Of a DNA stretch of 64,000 nucleotides, positions 58,625 to 64,000 are shown in pieces. This stretch comes from Escherichia phage JM10, in sequence record PP400777, one strand, 5' to 3'. How positions within the stretch are numbered: position 1 is the stretch's first letter; every line of letters starts with the position of its first letter. The notes beneath the pieces were generated by a model. That model had not been told where the DNA came from and made no database searches. It saw nothing but the letters and a program-made list of their open reading frames with translations. The translations under genes and the position numbers were made by a program.

Positions 58625-58768
58625 CTAGTTAAAGCATTCATACTTCGCTTGTAGTCCAATCATAATCCATCCGATTATAAGAGTCGGAACCATTACTGGA
58701 GCCGTTAAGCTCCAGTAGATAGTCATGACAAGCATCAATAGTAAAAGTCCTATTGTTATTGCTTTCAT
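58625..58768 (-). CDS. Small membrane protein (47 aa), not in ORF track
   Basis: MKAITIGLLLLMLVMTIYWSLTAPVMVPTLIIGWIMIGLQAKYECFN; start overlaps the SIS gene stop (ATGA). Confidence 0.45.
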   Translation of the reverse strand: MKAITIGLLLLMLVMTIYWSLTAPVMVPTLIIGWIMIGLQAKYECFN

Positions 58769-59400
58769 TGCTCGCCTCGTAACATGGCACCTAGTGCACC
58801 GCCTGGATGGAACTTAAGGAAGTCATTAGAGGTAAATCCACGTTCAGACGAAAGGTTGATAGCAAACGTATCGATAAGCGCTAACAACAATGTAGTGGAC
58901 ATAGTCGGAGCCAGAGAATTCTCATCAACCTCTACTGCGATGCCTGTACAGAACGTATAATCAAAAAGAGCTTCGTATTCTTGTGGAATGTCAGGGTTAC
59001 AATGTAACAGAATCTGTTTAACCTGAGGACGAATCATACGAAGATGTTTAGCAACACCTATCATTTCTTCAGTCTTACCAGAACGACTGATGTGAACTAA
59101 TACATCATTAGGTGCAATAAATCCTGCGTCACCATGAGAATAATGCCCGGTGTTCAAATACATGCTAGGAATACCGAGTGAAGCAAAAGTCTCGGAAGCT
59201 TTAGTTGCGATATTAGCATTCTTACCAACACCTGTAATAATTACTCGGCTTTCATAATTACTAAGTCCCGGGCGTCGAAGAGTTTCTAGAATAGCATTAT
59301 AACGAGCAGGGTTTTGACTAATTACTTTGGCCATAGCGGCCAAAGAAGAAGCTTGTTTTATGATTGCGTCAATAGCGATAGTAATAGGAGTAGTTTTCAT
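58765..59400 (-). CDS. Arabinose-5-phosphate isomerase-like SIS-domain protein (KdsD/KpsF N-terminal domain, no CBS pair)
   Basis: SRVIITGVGKNANIATKASETFASLGIPSMYLNTGHYSHGDAGFIAPNDVLVHISRSGKTEEM and ...LAPTMSTT...FHPGGALG align motif-by-motif with the KdsD SIS domain as I recall it (GKVVVMGMGKSGHIG..ATFASTGTPSFF..HGDLGM..DVVIAISNSGESSE ... APTSSTT ... SHPGGALG); 211 aa. Confidence 0.75.
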   Translation of the reverse strand: MKTTPITIAIDAIIKQASSLAAMAKVISQNPARYNAILETLRRPGLSNYESRVIITGVGKNANIATKASETFASLGIPSMYLNTGHYSHGDAGFIAPNDVLVHISRSGKTEEMIGVAKHLRMIRPQVKQILLHCNPDIPQEYEALFDYTFCTGIAVEVDENSLAPTMSTTLLLALIDTFAINLSSERGFTSNDFLKFHPGGALGAMLRGEQ

Positions 59401-59440
59401 ATTTCTCTCATTTAATTAGTTTACCGTCCATGACATTATA

Positions 59441-62152
59441 TCAAAAATCGAACATATCGAACAGAGATGCTTTCTTCTCGTAATCGAGTTTCGCTGCTGA
59501 TGTGAATCCTTCAAGTGGTTTAATAAATGTCTTCTCAAGGAGAACAGTGTAGTCCATCCAATGAAGTACGTCGTCTTTAATTAAATCTGTGATTTCAGTG
59601 CCAGAAGGCCATGCGATACATTTATCACCGAATGGGTTTCCTTCACGTAAAGGCAGAACATATACTTTTTCACCTTCTACAACTTGCGGTGCATCGATAT
59701 TACCTTTGATAGCCCGGTTATACGTCAGAATTCCACGAATATGGAACGGGCATTTGGGACCAGGGAATCCACCGACATCATATTTAGCAATGTTATTCGC
59801 AGAAGATACCGACGCGATGCTAATATAATTCAATTGACGGAATTCTTTTTCAAACTCTTTAAAATATTCTTGTAATGATTCTTCACCTTCTTGAAGCATA
59901 CGACGAATACATTCTTTAAGAGCTTTCTGTACTGCTTTAGGGGTCGAAGATTTCTGAGTCTCTAGACCCATGATTTTGAGTTTAGGCTCAGCGTAACGAG
60001 TGCCTTCCATATCCCACACGTTTAATGCATAACGTTTCTTACCAGTCCAGAATCCACCAATACCTTTAGAACCGAGCGGAGGACCAGCGATAGCTTCTCG
60101 GTCCATGAACATTAAGTGTTGTTTATTGTTCATGTATTCACACATTTCACGGAAACCTCTATCAATAGCAGGTTCCATACGTTCACGAGCGAACTTATCT
60201 AAGAAGTCTACCCAATGGTTGGTATCACGGAATTTAGATTCACCAACCTTATCGATAATTTTATCAGCAGATACGTAAATAGAGTCTGTATCACCATAAA
60301 GAACGAAAGCTTCACCTTCTGTACCACAAACTTCATTCAGATATTCATTAACTTTACGTTCAATCCACTGTAAAGCCATTTGCCCGAATGTTGTGATTGC
60401 AGTAGCATTACGCAAATCATAATAACGGAACCAAACGTTTCCAAGTGCACCATAAAGCGAGTTGATGAGCAATTTACGGTTAATCTGTGCAGTCATACCT
60501 GCAACTTCAGTACGTTGAGCTCTAAACAACATTTCATTAAGAGATTTAGCAGACAACTTTTTAATCTTTTCTTTAATCTCAACGCTGAAGTCGAAACGAT
60601 AATCAACATCTAACGGTTCGTCAACAGAAAGATTAGGATTATGCAATGCCTCTTTAATTATTTCACCATTACGTTGAGCTGCAAGCATGTAACCTTTATG
60701 TTCTTTACGTTGATTAAAGACCTTAGTGATTTCAGTTGGAACTACACCATCACGGTCTTTATAATACATCATGCCGTTAGGAGAACAACTGTACACATCT
60801 GAAGGACGTTCAGCGATTGCGTTAATATAATCATGCAGTGGAGCTACTTTAAACGTTCCTGCTATTGTTTCCGGGCTAATATTCACTTGGCGAATAATAC
60901 TTGGATACAGAGATGTAAGGTCGAAACTCATTACATATTTGTATCGATTTGGAATAGGTTCCTTAACAAAAGCGCCAGGATAAGGTTGAACTGGGTGAGA
61001 ACGACCTTGTGGAATCACCTTGTTCTGTTCTTTAAGGCTATTAAAAATAATAGCATCCCATGTTTTAATTGGGCTAAACACAGATTGAATCTGTATCTTA
61101 GCATAATAACCCATGTCCAAACTCAAGTTGATGAACTGACGCTTAGCATCAATTTGCAATACACGATACACGTCGATAATGTTATAAGAAATATATCGTT
61201 GGTGATTGCTTTCACGAAGCTTAGAAATAGGGCCGTCATATTTCAGTTTACCAACGTTCAATTCAAATTCTGAAATGTAATCCAGAGAATACGACGGTTG
61301 ATTGGTAAAAGAGAATTTTTTGTAAAGGTCAATGTAATCAAGAACAGAGATACCGAACAATGTAATGATTTCACGAGAACCATACATGTTTTCGATAACT
61401 TTAACACGAGTTTTACGATGTGGTGATAAACGTTTCGCAGTAGATTCGCCAAAAATATTCTTGATTCGGTTATACACATATGGAATATCAAATGACTCAA
61501 CGTTCCATCCAGTCAAAATGACAGGAGTTTTCTGTTGCCAGAAGTTGAGATATTCCATCAACAATTCTTTTTCGTTATCGAACGGCATATAAATGATTTT
61601 ATCAATAATTTCGGATGGAACTTCATCACCGCCTTGTTCTTGAAGCTTAGCCGCAATTTCGATAGACCATTCTTCTACATTACCATACGGAGAATTCAAT
61701 AGATCAAATACGTAGAACCTGTCGTCAATTGAGTCATAATGGGTGATAGCATCAATCGGATGTTTTGCTTGTGACGGCTCAGGGAACCCATCCGGAGATG
61801 TTACTTCGATGTCGAAGTTAGCCACACGAATTTTTGTATGGTCGTATTTGATTTCATAGTTATAAGTGTCAGACAAATACGCCAATTTGAAATCGTCCAT
61901 GCCAAGTGCTTCAAGTCCGATATCTTCCATGCGTTTAATCCATTGGGAGGCATCACGCATATTAGCGAACAACTTACGAGTACACGGCTTACCGTAGATA
62001 TCGAAATATTTCGTAGCCTGACTTTCTGGACAATGAGCAAACAGTGATGGTTTATATTCTACTTCACGAGTACGTTCACGGCCATTAGAATCGATGTAAC
62101 GTTCAAAAATTGAATCACCAATCTGTTCAACCGTTAAGTAAAATTCTTTCAT
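59441..62152 (-). CDS. 43: DNA polymerase gp43 (family B)
   Basis: 903 aa; exo motifs FDIEV and YNIIDV, pol motifs SLYPSII and YGDTDS; N-terminal sequence matches what I recall of the RB69 polymerase. Confidence 0.97.
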   Translation of the reverse strand: MKEFYLTVEQIGDSIFERYIDSNGRERTREVEYKPSLFAHCPESQATKYFDIYGKPCTRKLFANMRDASQWIKRMEDIGLEALGMDDFKLAYLSDTYNYEIKYDHTKIRVANFDIEVTSPDGFPEPSQAKHPIDAITHYDSIDDRFYVFDLLNSPYGNVEEWSIEIAAKLQEQGGDEVPSEIIDKIIYMPFDNEKELLMEYLNFWQQKTPVILTGWNVESFDIPYVYNRIKNIFGESTAKRLSPHRKTRVKVIENMYGSREIITLFGISVLDYIDLYKKFSFTNQPSYSLDYISEFELNVGKLKYDGPISKLRESNHQRYISYNIIDVYRVLQIDAKRQFINLSLDMGYYAKIQIQSVFSPIKTWDAIIFNSLKEQNKVIPQGRSHPVQPYPGAFVKEPIPNRYKYVMSFDLTSLYPSIIRQVNISPETIAGTFKVAPLHDYINAIAERPSDVYSCSPNGMMYYKDRDGVVPTEITKVFNQRKEHKGYMLAAQRNGEIIKEALHNPNLSVDEPLDVDYRFDFSVEIKEKIKKLSAKSLNEMLFRAQRTEVAGMTAQINRKLLINSLYGALGNVWFRYYDLRNATAITTFGQMALQWIERKVNEYLNEVCGTEGEAFVLYGDTDSIYVSADKIIDKVGESKFRDTNHWVDFLDKFARERMEPAIDRGFREMCEYMNNKQHLMFMDREAIAGPPLGSKGIGGFWTGKKRYALNVWDMEGTRYAEPKLKIMGLETQKSSTPKAVQKALKECIRRMLQEGEESLQEYFKEFEKEFRQLNYISIASVSSANNIAKYDVGGFPGPKCPFHIRGILTYNRAIKGNIDAPQVVEGEKVYVLPLREGNPFGDKCIAWPSGTEITDLIKDDVLHWMDYTVLLEKTFIKPLEGFTSAAKLDYEKKASLFDMFDF

Positions 62153-62211
62153 TTAATTTCCTTTAGACGAGTTATTGTCTTTTGTTTGTTGATGAACTTA
62201 TTATACTCCAA

Positions 62212-62229
62212 ATGGGACCGAAGTCCCAT
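62212..62229 (-). terminator. Hairpin between regA and gene 43 (attenuator/terminator-like)
   Basis: AUGGGAC-UUCG-GUCCCAU followed by UUGGAGUAUAAU on the minus-strand transcript; short U-run only. Confidence 0.45.
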
Positions 62230-62233
62230 TGCT

Positions 62234-62611
62234 TTAATTACCAATTGTATATTTTGCTTTCAAAGTCCAGTCATCTTTCTGTTTAAAAGAGATAACACGG
62301 AAGTTATTAGTAAGGCCAAACAGATCTTCACGAGCAGAGTCTTCAATAACAATCAATCCCCAGTCTTCAAGCAACTGGGCAATCGAATCACGTCGCTTAT
62401 AGTCTTCACCGTCAATATCAACCTGACGTCCATCCATACGCAACATTTCTTTAAAGTGGACGATGTAGTATTTACCTTGCTTTTGGAGGATATGACAGGA
62501 CTGATAAAGAACTTTATCCTTGTTATTAGCGATGCCCATACGGGTCAAAGTCTCTTTGACTTTCAGAAAATCTTCGGGGTTCTTCAATTTAATTTCAATC
62601 ATTTTTACCAT
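62234..62611 (-). CDS. regA: Translational repressor RegA
   Basis: 125-aa ORF between gene 62 and gene 43 as in T4; [56 protein letters not shown]... Confidence 0.85.
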   Translation of the reverse strand: MVKMIEIKLKNPEDFLKVKETLTRMGIANNKDKVLYQSCHILQKQGKYYIVHFKEMLRMDGRQVDIDGEDYKRRDSIAQLLEDWGLIVIEDSAREDLFGLTNNFRVISFKQKDDWTLKAKYTIGN

Positions 62612-63168
62612 TCCAATGCTAATTTTTTAAATTGTTTTTGTTCTTTCACATTTTTTGTAACTTCTTTGAGAAACTCATCAGTGACCATGGCCTTCAGTTC
62701 TTTAAGGACTATTGACAACTTGTTATTTTTTTCAAGGAGCCGCTTATACTCAGTAGCATCATTCATGTTGATTGTGTAATGTTTCATCAACAGTTTGATA
62801 ACTAGTAACTCTGAAGTGTCTTCGACTAGTTTAGCCCATTTAGAGAATCGACGACCACGAGGAATTGCCGCCATCATATAGTTGAAGTGTGCTTCATCAC
62901 TTAATTCGGAACCGACTAAGTTCATCATGTAAACAGCTGGCATACATTCTGGGAACTGGGATAATGAGTTCTCAACCATAAATTTTGAGTAGTCGACCTG
63001 AGCAATTGACATAGATTTCTTTTCATTAATAGCATTAATGATTTTAAAGAATTCATTCTCAGGTTTTTCTTTAAACATGTCAGCACATTTTTGAATCGCA
63101 TCAGCGTCATTAGACTTCCATGCAATTTGGTGCTCGTTAAGCTGGACGTCATCATCGAATAAGTTCAT
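62605..63168 (-). CDS. 62: Clamp loader small subunit gp62
   Basis: 187-aa ORF downstream of gene 44 with overlap to regA. Confidence 0.8.
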   Translation of the reverse strand: MNLFDDDVQLNEHQIAWKSNDADAIQKCADMFKEKPENEFFKIINAINEKKSMSIAQVDYSKFMVENSLSQFPECMPAVYMMNLVGSELSDEAHFNYMMAAIPRGRRFSKWAKLVEDTSELLVIKLLMKHYTINMNDATEYKRLLEKNNKLSIVLKELKAMVTDEFLKEVTKNVKEQKQFKKLALEW

Positions 63169-63169
63169 A

Positions 63170-64000
63170 TTATTTCCAAGTCAGTTCGCAGGTCAGTTGA
63201 AGAAGCATATACATAACATGTAATTCAATATTACTTGCTAGTCCATGAAACTTATTGTTTTCGCCTGCAATTTCATAAAGCGAAATAATACTTTTACCAG
63301 GTGCAACTTGGTCATAACATTCTGAAACTAATTTATCGATGAACCATGAATAATCTGCGGCATATTTTGGAGCTAATGCACGAAGCTGTTTGATATCTTT
63401 GTTCTTCATTGCTTCGATAACATCAGAGACTGTGCCACGGTCATTAGTTACGATAGACAAAATACCCGCATCAAGAACACCTTTAGACGAGTACTGGTCT
63501 AATTGACCAATTGTACGACGAAAGTCCGGGAAGTTCTTTTTAACCAGAGCTGCAACAACTTTCATATCAGCGATTTCGATATTTTCGTTCTTACAGATTT
63601 CAACCATGCGATGAATCATTTTCTTCATCATTGAGATTTTATCTTCTTCGGTTGGACGTCCGAATTCGATAACTCGACAACGACTGCGTAACGGTTCGAT
63701 AATTCCATCGATGTTGTTGGCAGTAATAATAATAGAACAGTTACTAGAGAATTCTTCCATGAATGTACGAAGGTGCCGTTGTGATTCAGCAAGGCCACTA
63801 CGGTCAAATTCATCGATAACGATAACTTTCGGCTTGCCTTCCATTGAGACTGAACGAGCGAATGCAGTTAACGGACCACGCACAAAATCAATCTTACAAT
63901 CAGAACCGTTGACGAACATCATTTCGGCATTGATATCATTACATAATGCTTTTGCTACGGTTGTTTTACCTGTACCAGGAGAAGGAGAGTGCAAAATAAT
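63170..64000 (-). CDS. 44: Clamp loader ATPase gp44 (AAA+), 3' part; N-terminus lies beyond the window end
   Basis: Walker [13 protein letters not shown] motif (EPLRSRC); ORF still open at position 64000. Confidence 0.88.
   Translation of the reverse strand: MILHSPSPGTGKTTVAKALCNDINAEMMFVNGSDCKIDFVRGPLTAFARSVSMEGKPKVIVIDEFDRSGLAESQRHLRTFMEEFSSNCSIIITANNIDGIIEPLRSRCRVIEFGRPTEEDKISMMKKMIHRMVEICKNENIEIADMKVVAALVKKNFPDFRRTIGQLDQYSSKGVLDAGILSIVTNDRGTVSDVIEAMKNKDIKQLRALAPKYAADYSWFIDKLVSECYDQVAPGKSIISLYEIAGENNKFHGLASNIELHVMYMLLQLTCELTWK

Noticed and set aside
55059-59400. Alternative reading of the SIS + HAD + kinase/nucleotidyltransferase module as an ADP- or GDP-heptose (GmhA/GmhB/HldE-type) pathway
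   Set aside because: The SIS protein matches KdsD-type arabinose-5-phosphate isomerase motifs much better than GmhA, and the kinase domain is APH-fold rather than ribokinase/GHMP-like; a heptose pathway cannot be fully excluded without assays
62186-62779. 197-aa plus-strand ORF antisense to regA and gene 62
   Set aside because: Antisense to two conserved replication/translation genes; no SD or promoter

Overview
This window is a 64-kb segment of a T4-like (Tevenvirinae) myovirus genome. Gene order matches T4 almost throughout: nrdB/nrdA, td, frd, 32, 59, 33, dsbA, rnh on the minus strand; the late long-tail-fiber operon 34-35-36-37-38-t on the plus strand; then asiA, motA, 52, ndd, rIIB, rIIA, 39, dexA, dda, modA/modB-like, soc, 56, 61, sp, dmd, 41, 40, uvsX, 42, 43, regA, 62 and the 3' part of 44 on the minus strand. 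The gp43 polymerase (903 aa, MKEFYLTVEQIGDSIFERYIDSNGRERTREVEYKPS...) matches what I recall of the RB69 polymerase, so the phage is RB69-like. Both td and nrdB carry group I introns with intact homing endonuclease ORFs (I-TevI, and a full-length 269-aa HNH I-TevIII-like ORF), and a GIY-YIG/NUMOD3 seg-like gene sits next to gene 39. The main departure from T4 is at the DNA-modification loci. The beta-glucosyltransferase slot (uvsX-42) holds a P-loop kinase and an unknown 299-aa protein. The imm slot (42-43) holds a five-gene module that reads as a de novo D-arabinose-type nucleotide-sugar pathway: a KdsD-like arabinose-5-phosphate isomerase SIS domain, a small HAD phosphatase, a fused RmlA-like nucleotidyltransferase with an APH-like sugar 1-kinase, and a Cys-rich protein. 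A GT-B glycosyltransferase lies between rIIA.1 and gene 39, where T4 has gene 60/mobA. Together these look like a sugar-hmC DNA hypermodification system that differs from T4 glucosylation; arabinosyl-hmC has been reported for RB69-type phages, but the gene assignments here are my inference from sequence. Other observations: T4 early promoters (GTTTAC -35 / TATAAT-like -10) that embed an anti-Shine-Dalgarno arm, UUCG/CGAA tetraloop terminators, several unlisted sub-60-aa ORFs, and a three-member paralog family with duplicated promoters. Coordinates of CDS come from the supplied ORF track (some listed N-termini are TTG-initiated extensions and were trimmed to the likely ATG); coordinates of small motifs were counted by eye and may be off by a base or two.
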